DNA of 64,000 bases from Botryllus schlosseri (taxonomy: Eukaryota), in contig CM119372.1 in the NCBI GenBank assembly GCA_051294905.1, forward strand, positions 29,204,001 to 29,268,000, read 5' to 3'. The notes under the pieces are model-generated. The model ran no database searches. It was not told the origin of the DNA and saw only the letters and a program-made list of their open reading frames with translations. Shown one piece after another: positions 49,645-63,420 of this stretch (the stretch's first letter is position 1; every line of letters starts with the position of its first letter). The position numbers and the translations under genes are program-made.

Positions 49645-50907
49645 GACTGACGCGGGAGCACGCCCGCTACACTTTGCGATCCCCCAAAGCATTGTATGAC
49701 GAAAATACGGTAAATTATTCTACTGGTAATAGAGTATTTATTTTATTATTACGTCTACTTGCATATCATCAACAAATGTTTGTTGAGCGATAACTACACG
49801 AAAAAGAGTATGAGCAGGAAAACAGAACTTTTAAAACAAAAAGGGAAGGAGAGTTTGCATTCAGTGATAATATTGTAGGTAAGCCAATGTGGCTCATCTA
49901 TCAAGATTCGCTCAATAAATACAAATCTAGTAACTTGAGCTGTGACTCTTGTAAGAATCTGCATCCAAGGTGCATGGCCACCGATTTATGAGCTGACGTG
50001 TTTTCGACGCTGAGAAAGATAACTCGCTTTTGGACCCGTTTAGTACGGCAAAGGACAAGATATTACTGGATGGACTCGATATATACTGGATATACTTGAT
50101 ACTGGATATACTGGATAGCTGGATATACGACGTAACAATTCAGGAACTATCCGATGAACAATGGCGACGGCCTTGGAGAAGTACAACGCTGACGATACCG
50201 ATGCAAAAAGAAATTATACGCAGGTATCATAAGCAACAGTAACGGAAAGAGCAGAGAATACAACAGTACAGAAAATAAAACAATCAGGAAACACCGATGT
50301 TCAACCATACCAGACCAAATACCTTCTATATAAAGAGAAATGAAGGCATTCAGGTCGGTACAATAATTGAAGAATTACAACACAACAGCATCACAAGTGA
50401 ATACTACAAACACAGCATTGCAGGCTTATATGAGCTGAGGAAAGGAACATGGATTATGAATTCGATCACAGAAACCAATGGAACGAACTTGAGGGATGAA
50501 TTGTACCACCAGATGAAACAAAACACTTATGAAGCAAAATTCCGCAATATAACTTTTGAACTCCCAAGACGTCCAACGACACACCTCATTGTTAAAGGAA
50601 TACCATACGAATCTAAAGAGGAGGATATAGCCGATCAATTGATTGAATATGGTTTCGTGACGGCTATCAACCAGACCAGAGTCTTAAGAAGAAACACGAA
50701 CTGGTACAATGAGTTCACTAACATCTGGGTGGAAGAATTCAGAAAGAAAACATGCCCTACCGTATAAAAGTTGATGGGTATTGATGCCTTATCAGAACAG
50801 CTGAAGAGGCTTATCAGAGGGAATGTTACAACTGCGATCTGACGGGGCATATATTGTAAGGGAATGCATGAGTGAAAAAATGGTAGCAGGATGTGCAAAT
50901 AACTAGG
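49645..50907 (+). repeat. 1.26-kb composite dispersed repeat, copy 2
   Basis: Near-identical to 15624-16886; it ends inside the second zinc knuckle of ORF1. Confidence 0.95.
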
Positions 50908-52904
50908 ACGTCAATACATATGTATAACGCAATAAACGTGAATCTGGAACGCGCTGCATCAAACCTTTTTCAACTGAGTACCCTTACGAATTATTTGCAT
51001 GTATATGGCATACCCCTTAGAAATAATGATGTGTACAGTGTGCGCAATTGAAAGACAAGTAGCCTACTCTTTCTCGCATCATTCCACTGCGATAGATGAG
51101 CTGGACGCTACTTCAGGAGTAAATCTGTTTTTGAAGTGGAGGCGAAGCGAAAAAGACTCCCCACACATTTGTCGACACAGTTGGAGCTCCATAAACTATA
51201 GCCTGCTCAGTTCTCATCGCAGGCTACATGAGCAATACACTGAAGAATGCAATAGCGCTAATCATGTATCCTTCATCAAAAGCAGATGAAATTGGTTCTC
51301 ATAAAAATTTATTTGAGATCTACAGTAGGCTAGGCTGCGTAGTTACTCTCATCAGAGTGGCAGTAAAGAAACAGAAATTCACTACGGATGATGAACATGG
51401 GGCGAGTAACGTTAGACGTCAATGTAAACATATGCTGTATTGAACCTTAATAAACGCTGCATTTGTTGGTCTTAATCTTAAGTCTCGATTGTCGCATATT
51501 TCCTAAAGTCGCCGTTCTTGAACATAATCCAGTGCTTGAAAAAGGACGTCGCTCATGTCAGCCCGGTTTGAGAACCCCTGTTATAGTGTATAGTAGACGT
51601 GGGACTGGATTAGGATTTGAAAAAGAAAATTAGAAAAATATAAATTTAACCGTGTTGGATTAGCGTCTAATTGGGATATGCCATTCTGGCTGAGCTGGAT
51701 TACGATTCTACATGCCCTAACTCATTTGTTGAGTTTTCCTGGGAGTTTTCAGGAAAGTCGACTGTATACCAAATGTATATTAAACATCAAGCATTTAGGT
51801 AATAAATTGATAATTGAATTTTAAAATGGCAAATTTCATTTAGTTAGTTTCTAGACATATATGTAGACGTGGTATAAAGATTTCTGCTTCATGTGAATTT
51901 AGTAATTTTGCTAAACTGAATTTTCATTTCGATTACGACATGGAATTGGGAATACATAGAATTTCCCTCCTTTCTAACTGAATAGGTTTACAGATATGGA
52001 CTTCGATTTGGCATGATAAAATATAAATTCATTATTTTGATTTTGAATTTGAAGCTAGCATGTACACGAAATTTAATTTTAACATATTAACCCTTAGGAG
52101 GTGGGGCCATATTTTGCAGAATTGACCTTCACTTTTCAAATTCTCACAGTGACCCCACCAAGACTTGAATCTGGGCATTTCCAGTTTAAAAGTGGGCAGA
52201 GTATAGCCCTCTACCGATTCCACCCTTGATCGACACCCCATGACATGTCTAAGGTTTTATAATAAGTTTAAATAAACAAACTTTTACCCAAAAAAATCTC
52301 TCTCTCTTTCAATTTTCAAGGCTGACCCTCAGGTTGGCGTCAGAGAAAGAAATATGATGTTTCAGTGCGTATAGCCACTGTTGCCTGGTTTCAAACAAGC
52401 CGTCAACCAAGGTTGTAAATCGCGCGGTTCGTCAGATATCGAAAAATGGAAAATACATAAAAAATGTGCAAATGGGCGTGGTCAGTGAGTGGTCATCAAG
52501 GTCAAGTTCATGATCAAGACTCAATCGGCCCCTACCGTCCGGTTTATGGCATAAAACAACGCGATATGCTTTCTTTTGTCATGTCCAACCATTTGCAGGC
52601 ATAGTAAACTTGTTTATGACTCATATACCGTCTGAATTTGCACTTGAACTTGACCTAGATCTTGAAAATCACTGAAGCATGACCAAAATTAACAAATCCC
52701 CCCAGAAAACTCTCCAGAACACGTTTTGAAATTTGAAACGGTGAAAATTTACACAGAATACCGTACATGTCGACTTCTGATGTTCTGGCAGATTTTCCGT
52801 CAATATTTCCCACTCGGAAAATATCTGGAAATTTTAGGTGATGACCATATTTTCATTTATTTTTTATTTATTTTCTATTTTTACAATTGAACAGTATATT
52901 GATA

Positions 52905-53040
52905 TTGAAATGAACCCGAATATTTTCGGCAGACACTCGTCAGGGGTAATCGTCAGCAACTAGTAGAGAATGGGAAAGAACGTTGTATATCAACAATCGT
53001 ATCACAAAATATGACGTCACCTGCATGAAATTTCGTGAAT
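52905..53040 (+). repeat. Unclassified dispersed repeat containing a CTGAC-n4-GTCAG hairpin
   Basis: Similar blocks lie at ~55405-55525 (+) and ~59775-59905 (-). Confidence 0.7.
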
Positions 53041-54444
53041 GAGAGAGCGTTCAATGTACTATTTTTAGGTGGTACACTCTGTTGACAGACTTTTGGTTGG
53101 TGTATTTTGATAAAAGTCGACTCCAAGCCACACAAATGGAATTGTGAATGGCCTCGCCCAACGATTCGAAATCGGTCGTCTCGATAATTATTCGCGCACA
53201 TCGCATTATCTAACACAGGGGTCACCAACACGCGGCCCGCGAGGTCATATTTTGCGGCACGCGACCTGATTTGGAGAAATTTCGGTGTAACGCTTACTGA
53301 AGCATTTTGAAATGCTGAAATTGATTTCAGTTTGAACATATTGTAGTTTGTGTTCAAAGTAAGCCATTCTACTATTACCAATATCACTATTCCTCGCTAT
53401 CTGATACGGTTTCGGCATGGTAATATCATTCCATGGAGGAAGAATTTGCTGATATGAATGGGCATATTGCCTTGACGTGCAGTGGCCTACCATTGCCGAG
53501 ACTGAAAAACGATTTCAGGCTCTCCAAAAGACCACGTTTTACGAGGAGATAGTTTTCCAGCTAGTAGCGCTACCGTGTCTAGCTAACCCCAATATCGATA
53601 CTTTAATCCAGGGGTGGCTAATCTCCGGCATTAGAAGGAAAAGTATGCGGCCGTCAACACTTAATTCAATTAGGATGTGTTGGCGGCCGTCAATATGCAA
53701 ATTGAACTTAAGAATGGACTCCCTAATTAATGAGAGGTTTGAGCGATTCTTGAATTTCTTTGCGCTACGCGCCAGTCAATCCGTGGATTGATCAATATAG
53801 CAATTAGAAAGTAAACAGCTTTTTGCCAAAAAGTACGGTTTTCGGTAGTAATTATCAGTTTTTCGAAAACGTGAGTGACATTACGTATATGTGCATATAG
53901 CATAAAGACTTGGAATTATCCTGTTGTTAGCGACACGATTCCGTGATATTCGGTCTCTGTCCTGAAAGTTTCTTTGACGGGTGGATATAGTTTTTCATAA
54001 TATATTGAAAATTGAAGCCACTCATGATTAGGTAGTGAAGGCTGTGGGAAAGAAGTAACAGCAAACCGTTTGAGTTGTTATGATAAGCAGCATTGTGATC
54101 TGGGAATTTGTCGGGAATTTTGGTACGTATTGAAGGGGCTATAGGTACGGTTTCCATATTTTGAAATTCGGAAAGGGGGACACTTTTCACAGGCTTCAAA
54201 AGTTACTGAAGTGGAAGAGAAAACGGGTGATTTTTAGACTTATACAGCTAATTTCATTAAGTTGCATGAAAAAGATCATTTTGTCCGACTGCGATTTGAC
54301 TAAAATAAAAGGTGATTTTTCGATTTCGACTCCCGAAATACCCGACTCTCGTTAACTAGGCCGACAATTTGCGTTATTCGTGGTCTTCTTGGGTATTATA
54401 AGCTAAAACAAGAGGACACATTGACCAAAAGCAGGACGATAGGG

Positions 54445-55221
54445 CAGTGGTGTCAAACTCAACTTGCGTCGCGGGCCGGATTCAAACCTTATTATTGCCA
54501 TACGCAATAGTATATTACATTTTATTAGGGGTAATGAGCGTTCTATTCTTTCTACATCTCATGAGTAAACAATGGAATCGTCAGCAATATGTTGATTGAC
54601 TGGTTACCCGCTAAAACAGTGGCTCTAATGATGATATAATTTGGCATATTTCTATGCTCCCTGACTCGAATACTGGCGTCAATTCTGTGTATGCATTTTG
54701 AGGAATGCAACAAATCTAACTGTAAACATCATTATTATAAATCGCGATATGGGTTTCTCTCGAGGCCGTGGATCTTTTGAGTCAGAAGGGATGTAGCAGT
54801 GCGACCGCAGATATTTGAATATATTTCTGTGCATCCATAACATTCGCCTGTGACCTGTATATAACGGCTTCGCATTATCCATTTCACTTTTATGAAATCA
54901 ATTTTTTTCCCATAATACACTGAAATCGGTTGCCTTCTCGGAAATGGGTGTAAATGTTAGCTACTTGTTCCTAATGGTGACTATAGAGTGAAACCACAAC
55001 ACAGCTGTCCATTAGTTATATTGTGGTATATGAACATACTCTACAACTGATGTCTTGGTGGATTATTTAATGGAAGTATTTACTAAAAATACCGACATTT
55101 GTTAGAGATGTGCTGGATAATACACACATTTTTCAATCTATGCTCAGAATTGCTTCGCGTGCCGGATAGAATCGTCTGGCTGGCCGTATGCTTCCCGCTG
55201 GCCGTATGTTTGACACCCCTG
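54445..55221. mobile_element. Buster-type hAT MITE (CAG(G/T)GGTGTCAAAC family)
   Basis: TIR CAGTGGTGTCAAAC / GTTTGACACCCCTG, with internal similarity to 56693-57478. Confidence 0.8.
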
Positions 55222-56692
55222 ACGTAGGGTAACCCTCTATCACAGCTCGCTCTCCTATTGCAACAGCGATCAGTCATATTTCTTGGTCAAATTTTCCATT
55301 TCTCCTCGTTGTCAATTAAATACCTATTTATACACTTCCAGAGACTGTTGGAGGTACAGAACTTCGGCATACTTTTTAATAATAAATTCATATTTTATCA
55401 AATTCCAATATTTTCGGCTGACACTCATTAGGGGTAGTCGTTAACAACTAGTATGGAATTTAAAAGAAATTTGTATTTCAACGGTCGTTTCACCAAATAT
55501 GACGTCACAACCATGAACATTCGAATAACTCAGGAGAACAGATGGCTTAAGCATAATATACTACTTTTAAAATGTAAACGAACCTCTTTTGTCATAACCT
55601 AGGTTTTTGGATTTTGATAGAAGTCGACACTTAGTTTATGACAACAGAAATATCGCGATATAGGGTGGGGTGTGATATTTCAACTTTAACCATAAAAGGG
55701 CTATTTCAACAATTATATTCCATAAAATGGGCTTTACCTCACTTCCAGGGAATAAAAAATTGAACATAGTCTCCAACAGCCCGTATTTCCTACCTCTGAA
55801 CAACTAAGGGTGGAGCTGATCTCGGTAGCTGCGTTTATATAGGCATTCATTTATTTGTTGAAACAATTCTATCTCCGTTATCTTTAGCTTCGTCACAGGC
55901 TGGGGTTTACACTAGCGTATATCATATGGTGGTTCCCGTAGTTATCAGAATATGTTGATAATAAAGGAAGCTATGATGTTATATAATTTCACGACTGAGC
56001 CTACATCTAATAAAATACTCGACGCTTTTGCACCTGTGGTTCGCAACCGGGGTACCGCAGCACCCTGTATTCCATTTAGAAGGCTCAAGGGCAGTCATGT
56101 ACAACAAAAGATTTTCAGCTCTTCCACATTAGATTATAATTATAATCACAGCTCTAAACATGTTTTCAAACTTACATTAGAATTAGAAATATAGCTACAC
56201 AGTCTTTTGAAAGTGAGATTACAATTATAATAATAATTACAATCTTTTAAATACTATACTACCGTAAAAACTACTTAATTCGCAAGAGCTTTATCGACAA
56301 GCTCGAAGTATGGGCGAAGATATTTTACGAGTTGGTAGGGATGGTGTGAACCTCTGAAAGGTTCAGGTTCGTGTGAACGCGAACCTTTTTGAAAGGTTCT
56401 GTGTGAACGCGAACGTGAACCTCATGACGTCACGTGACGTCATATTTGCTAATTCCAGCCCTACATTTCGGTGAAGTGATAGTCTAGTTGTACACGATAC
56501 CTAGCGACGAATCGGGCCACATAATGCCACAATCCTGAAGTACATATTGACATTTTAAACGTCGCCAAATGTATCAACTGGGGCAATCAAATGATCTAAT
56601 AATCCCATAAAATCACTATCTTCCGTCGCTTTGCTAACAATTTCGACGAGTACCTGTAAGGGAATATTAGCTTACGACTTAACGGTCTAGGC

Positions 56693-57478
56693 CAGGGGTG
56701 TCAAACTCAAATTGCCTCGCGGGCCGGATTCAAACCATCTTATTGCTCGTGGGCCGGATCATTCAAATGATTGAAATTCCGGACCCCTTTTTTCTCGAAT
56801 ACTCAATTATTAGGCCTACACAATAAGATATTACATAATAATGGATCATAGGGTTCTACTCATAAAACAGCTTTTATTAGCGAACAATGGAATTAGCAAA
56901 ATTAAGATTATGGCTGGTTAAATATGGCAATATAAACTGCTAAAAAAGTAGCTTTTAAGGACGATATACCGCATCTGTATGCGTTTCATGAGGAATACGA
57001 GGGATATATTGAAGCTGGTTCATTACTATTACATCGCGATTCGGGATTCTCCGTATGCAGAGGTTCTGTTAAGACATGAGCGAAATTGGGAGTGCGTCCA
57101 CAGATATTTGAATTATATTTTTGTGTAACAAATATATTCTCCATGTAACCTGCATATACCGGTTTGTCACTATGGCGGTTTTACTTCTGTGAATAACTAC
57201 TTTTTGGTCCATTTTCCCGTAAAACTTGGGAATTAGTGTGAATATTTGCCTTCTCGGAATTGAACGTAAATGAAGGCTCTTCCTTGCTGATGGTGACTTA
57301 AAGTGAAACCACAACACCACTGCCGGATGGTTATGGGACCTAAAAACAATTTAATATACTCGACATTTGCTATCTTTAGGGATTATTTGATGATAAATCT
57401 CAACATTTGTAAGAAATGTTCTGAATAATACAGCCATTTTTCAAAATAGCTTCGCGGGTCGTATGTTTGACACCCCTG
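56693..57478. mobile_element. Buster-type hAT MITE
   Basis: TIR CAGGGGTGTCAAAC...GTTTGACACCCCTG with a perfect TSD GTCTAGGC. It is nested in a TAGGGATG-ended element with GTGAAC/GGTTC arrays (~56336-58088). Confidence 0.92.
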
Positions 57479-58796
57479 GTCTAGGCCAGACCGGACAATC
57501 TATTCGGCGTCTGAGTATATTGTTATGTTGATATTGAGCAGAGTGGTTTCTATAGGTCTACTTTCTATACCGATATTACCCCATCAACAAGTTATTCATC
57601 AGTAGGCCTAGCCAACATCCCAATCACACGGATTTGGTGTTTATGATACAATAAACAAATGAAGTCAAGTTAGATTATTTTTGCATCAGACAACGATATC
57701 AATTTCATTGATTGGTTGAATAAGAGTTCGCTGATTGCATGTAGTGTATTTCGCTCTTATAATGTTGTGTGATTGCGGGTCAAGCTTAAAGCAGAGAGTC
57801 GCTAAATATTCACAAACCGAAAGTTGGATATTTCAAGCAAACTTTTGTAACAAAGCAAATCGAATTTTTGAGATTGTCAAGGTCGTGTAGTGTTGATTTT
57901 TTTATGATGCCAGAGCCATTGGATAGAGTGGCCCGCAGTTGAAATGCAATAAATTTCAACCTAAGATGTTATAATGAAGTGTAATATATGAAAAAGGTTC
58001 ACAGTGCAGAACCTACCAAGGTTCGTTTGTGAACGAGAACCTCTAAATTTCGTAGGTTCACACACAGAACGCGAACGTAAACCTCACGACTCGACTCGAC
58101 TCGAGTCGTGATTTTCTGTTGACTCGACTTGACTCGAGCTATGTTCGCGAAATACGGAAATGACTCGACTTGGACTCGGGTCATTGCGCATGACTCGGAC
58201 CAAGTCATATAACTCGAGATTCAGACCGACATTTCATTTTAATATCTAAGAATAGAAAAGCAACCACACTATTGGGATTTCGTCTATTAGTATACTGGTA
58301 CTTGTAATGCGACCAGAAACTGGTAGAAGTGAGGAAAATTAGTATAATATAAATGCAAACCATTGGATATCGCCAAACGGAGTTACAAAAAATGGGTTTA
58401 ACGAGACTTTAGCTGGAAACTGAGCAGTCAGCGCAATGACTTGGACTCGGACACGAGCCGCAATACCATGACTCGGACTCGAACCGCTGCTCGCTGACTT
58501 GGACTTGACTCAGTGGTCAATTGAAAATGCCTCTAGTTGACTCGTGTAAAACTATGAAAGTGAAAAATACTTGTTACTCGGAGCCTTGTGATTAGATTAC
58601 AACACTCGTAAAATAACACGGAGATTGACTTTCTGAACATTATAATACGACAAAGATTTTTTATCTCGCCCATACGGCGAGAATATGAAATGACGGTTAA
58701 AATAGCCTCATGGGTTATCTTCAAAACCATAGCCAATTTGAAAAAAGGCCGTAATAGGAATCATTGCCCTTGAAAACCTCCAAACCCACTCTTACC

Positions 58797-60455
58797 TAGG
58801 GTTACCATACGTCCTCTTTTAAGAGGATTTGTCCTCTTTTTGACTTTTTAGCAAGTGACCTCGGAGGACGCCCTTTTGTCCTCTTTTTTGAGATTTTGTC
58901 CTCTTTTTTGAGGATTTTGAAAATATTTATAGCAAAATCCGACTGAGATGCCGTAAATTAGCACCGAAGTGACGCTCCGGCGGGTATTTAGGGAGATGAG
59001 CAGAAAGATGACCATTTTTTTTATAGTCAACTGTGATCGGCGACACTCATTCCACTGTTTAATAATAATATCGCGATCTCAATTTTTGGAAAAACGAGTT
59101 CGCACGTTACGGACTTGCGCGCACCGCGCAGACGATGTCTAGTTCTTGAATGTGGAGCGTTTTTCGCAGCTGAATATGCGAATACCTCATCTCGAGGATT
59201 TTAGTTCTGTTACGCGAAAGTCTATATTAAGCGAATCGGTCCTTATCCCGTGTAATACCTCATCCAACAGAATACGAGACCAATCAGGATACAGGGAATT
59301 TTGTATTATATAAAATTCGATACATTTTTCTGAGGCTACTTGAACATCTACAAATTTTCAATCACAAACAATAATTACAATCTTTTATCATTAGCGATGT
59401 CTTCGTTGATTGGAAGTGTTTCTGCGGCTAATTCACTCGGTATTTATTTCGGCGAGATCCGTATAGGCCTCTAATACCGCGACATCCCCCAAAACCCAAA
59501 GATCCCGAATCACCTGGCAGTCCATGCGATGCTTGAATTCGAATTCGGTGCGTTCATTACCATTGACAGATACCTTCAAAATAGAAATTGCGAAATTATT
59601 TGAAGATAGTGATGCTCTGTCATCCTCAATGCGTATGGGGTTAATATTCATTTATGAAGCTGGCTACTTTTACTTTTTCCGGACTTGCTCCAGTGGTCAA
59701 TTGGTCATGTCATCTTTCACTGATACGGGGGATGCATTGATAAATTCTCTGAAATAGGATAAATTAATGAACAACTTCGTACTATATGTGATACGATTGT
59801 TGATATACGATGTTCTTTTCCATTCTATACCAGTTGCTGACGAGTACCCCTGACGAGTGTCAGCCGAAAATATTCGGGTTCATTTCAATATGAATATACT
59901 ATTCAATTCATACTATATAAATTCGAAATGTTCAGTTGTACTACAGACGTTGTAAAAGTAGATAATTCTACCAACTTGAGTAATTAATGAAAGTATAGAT
60001 GAACCGCTTTGTGTATTCCAAAAAGAATAAGTGCGACTAACATAGGGTTACGATGCTTTGGGAATCTGAAAAGAGGACACCTTTTAAAAACTTTCAGACT
60101 TACAATACCGAAGTAAAATTCGTAAAAATTAGTATATTTATTCCGAGTTTGCAGTTGATTGACTAAAAGAAAGGTCATCTTTCCGACTCGACTTCCTATG
60201 GGATTTTCCGTTGATTGACTAAAAAAGGTCGTCTTTTTGGCTGAACTCCTGAAAGACCCACCGGACCGTTACTTGAGTACTGATTTCCTATTTCTCAGTC
60301 CAATTTTCACATAGATTTACCCAAAATGTTTAAAAAAAGAGGACAAGTTCAAAAAAAAAATTGGCCATCTCGGTATCCTCTGAGGACACGTTCAAAAAAG
60401 TATCAAAATAGGACAAATCCTCTTTTAAGAGGAAGTATGATTATTGGTAACCCTA
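58797..60455. mobile_element. hAT-like (Blackjack-type ends) non-autonomous element
   Basis: TIR TAGGGTTACCA...TGGTAACCCTA with subterminal GTCCTC/GAGGAC arrays. The TSD is not preserved. Confidence 0.7.
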
Positions 60456-61719
60456 GACTAGGGGCGGCCAACCCGTGGCCGGTGAAAAGGTTTTGAGTGG
60501 CCAGCGGGGTAATTCCTGAAATTAGTTACATTATAAAAAATAAATTACCAAGACCACAAAACCAGAACTTTATTAGCCTGGCCGAAATTTGGGATTTTGA
60601 TGACTAAAATATCAGCTCTGACGCATTCGCGTAGACAGGGGATGGCCATATTTTTCGTAGATCGTCGTATATGATCATAAAGTACATCATTTCGCATATT
60701 AGCCGAAATATTCGATATTTACGAGTCGAAACGCCGAATAATCCTGTCCTTGACAAATGAGCCATGCAACATGCAGAGGTGACCCGCAATATATGCAGGT
60801 AACATTATTATTGACCGAATTCCTCCATTAATTTTGAAATATTTTCTCGCTGGGCGCCACGATGCCGTCGCTATACACCAAGTCTTCATGTAGGCGTAAT
60901 AATTTTTATTGATTTTGATGCGTAATATTATAAGTATATGGATTTCACCGTAACCTAATCCGGTTCTCTCCTATCGGAAGACTAAATAAAGTTATCAAAA
61001 TTCAAGTAAACCGCATACACTGTTAAAAATATTCTATGCCAAATTACTGGTCTGGTCCTGGCAGCAGTTTTACGACTCTGAGACCGGTAAATTTCAAAAA
61101 TATTTTCCCGTAAATAATATTGACCGTAATTTATTTTTACAAAGACTGAGTGTTAAAATTTTTACGGAAAATTCCCGTTACCTGACGTAACGGAAAACGG
61201 CTGTAATACCAAGTTACTGGTCTGGTCCAGTGCAGCAGTTTTACGCTGATGAGACCAGTAAATTCGAAATAACTCTCCCCGTAACATGATTTTACATATG
61301 CTGACCGTAGGAAGTTTTACGGAAAACTTCCGTAACCAAAGGTAACAGAAATCTGCTGTAACATCAATATACTCGTCTGGTCCCTTGCAGCAGTTTTACG
61401 TTCCTGAGACCAGTACATTTGAATCAGGTTTATTTGTTGCGGGAACACGTAAAAAAAAGTAAGTGTGGATAATGACGAAAATCCAGTCTTTCTTGTGAAG
61501 ATCATCAGTCAGCAACTGCCTGAATGAAGAGGGCTTCATCAAAACTTCAGCAGCAGTTGAAGGATTGTACTTTGGGCCATGCTCTTTTGTAGGTTCTTCT
61601 ATAATCTGAACAAAGATTATGCAGTCATCAACACAGTTACAATTTGGAAATTTTGAGACGCTATAGTATGACATACTGCGACTTTTCATATTCTTGTCAA
61701 TTTATCGAATGGCCTAGGA

Positions 61720-62589
61720 TAGCGGTGTCGAACATAAGGCCCGCGGGCCGCCTGCGAAGCAATTCTGAGTGGTTTGAAAAAAACCTGTATTACCCAGCAC
61801 ATTTTCTAACAGATGTTGAGATATTATTGTAAGAAATACTTCCCGCAAGGCCACAAATGTCAAGATCATAGGCCGTAATATAATTATCCGACAGTGGTGT
61901 TATGGTTTTACTCCGGTCATCATCACGAACAAGTTGGTGATACTGACATCCAATTCCCAGAACTACGAAAAGTGCACACTGAGTTCATATTTTTATGAAG
62001 AAATGAGCCAAAAAGTAGTTATTCGTGAAGTGAAAAAGAAACTGTTACATGCAGGTCGCATGGAGAATATAATAGTAACAAAAACTACAATTCAAATATA
62101 TTTGGTCGCACTGCTGTATCACTTCTACTCAAAGGCCCCAGATAGACAGAGAAACCCGAATGACGATTATTAATGAGCCAAATTCTAACGTCTGCGTTTA
62201 CAATTAAATCACTTGTGTTCCTCAAAGCGCATGCGATGAGTTAACGGCAGATTACGAATAAAACAAAGGGAGCATACAAATATATCAGCTTATTCCGTCG
62301 TTAGAGTCAGTTAGCGGTTGAATTCAAACGATCAATCTTTGAATTTTTGCCAAAATTCCGTTGTTTGCGAGTAAAGGTGCTGCTAGAATATATCCATTTG
62401 ATATATGATCGTGAATGTTATGTAATATACCAAAATGTATACAGGATTGATAATAAACTATGCAAGCGAAAAGTAAGGGCGGGCGTTTTGATGTACCGTA
62501 ACATTTTGAAATGATTTGACTGATCCGGCCCGCGAGCGGTTTGAAAGTTTGAATTCGGCCAGCGACGCAAGTTGAGTTTGATACCCCTG
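61720..62589. mobile_element. Buster-type hAT MITE nested in the CACTA element
   Basis: Perfect TSD GCCTAGGA; it is an inverted copy of the 56693-57478 family. Confidence 0.88.
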
Positions 62590-63169
62590 GCCTAGGACTT
62601 CGTACCTGAATCATCTTTTCCAGCGTGATTGCAAACTTTTCTGGCAATATTCCTTTGCATCGCACGTCTAATGCATTTCGCGCGGCACCGTGCTAGAAGC
62701 GACATGATCCCTTTCTATCACATAAGCATTCGACGTCATGATTCATAATGCCATAACGCTTCCATTTTCGTGTAGTTAAATGTCAGAAAATGTAAGATAT
62801 TCTTATAAGCCATAGATTCTGTTCACCATTAAACTGTAACGAAAATACACAGGTCTTCAGAAACAGCTAGGATACTGCTATACCTACAATATCTGCTATC
62901 AACACCTGCAATATTCTCAAGCTAAAGTTAAGCTGTGGCTTCGAAACCCTCAATATCTTACAGCAACACATCTTGTTATTATCCAATACGAAAACATCGC
63001 GTCGATACAATATCTATCTGGAACATTCAGCCGCACGTGCTCAGGCTCAGATATGTCTGAAGTCTGACGCCGCTATGTCTCGAATATGTATGACGTCACA
63101 ATGTACTGTTCGCTCGAGCAGCTACGAATTCATGATCAAACAATTCATATGGCCATTCGCAGGAAAAAG

Positions 63170-63420
63170 GTAATGGACGTATACTCCTCTCGTCGCAATG
63201 ACAAAGGAGCATGGCGGCTATACACCAGCTCCAGTGTTTCGATATCTAGTTTGCATCAAAGAATGTACATTCTTTGGTTTGCATCATACATGCGTCAAGG
63301 AGTCTACAATGGTGGCAGAACTGGTCCAACAGATAATTACACAAAAGATCATACCTGCAGCAAAACTACATAACATACCAAATTCGCTTGGCATGCTACT
63401 ATTGCTAGACCTTGATGTCT
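63170..63420 (+). pseudogene. Possible P-element/THAP9-like transposase C-terminal relic
   Basis: GGYTPAPVFRYLVCIKECTF...LVQQIITQKIIPAAKLH loosely fits GG(L)..P(S)..V......E..F and L...I......RLH. Motif resemblance only. Confidence 0.3.

Noticed and set aside
49347..50958. Possible solo or 3' LTR (GGGGAG|TGTAGC...AATAAA...GCTGCA) hosting the 1.26-kb composite repeat
   Set aside because: There is no second LTR, PBS or TSD in the window, so the support is too thin to call.
52921..52964. Hairpin followed by CTAG|T, suggesting a Helitron 3' end (also at ~55451 and ~59830)
   Set aside because: Similarity among the three copies continues well past the CTAG, so it is not a terminus.
59433..59757. 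Overlapping 72-77 aa ORFs inside the TAGGGTTACCA element
   Set aside because: No recognisable motif or consistent splice structure.
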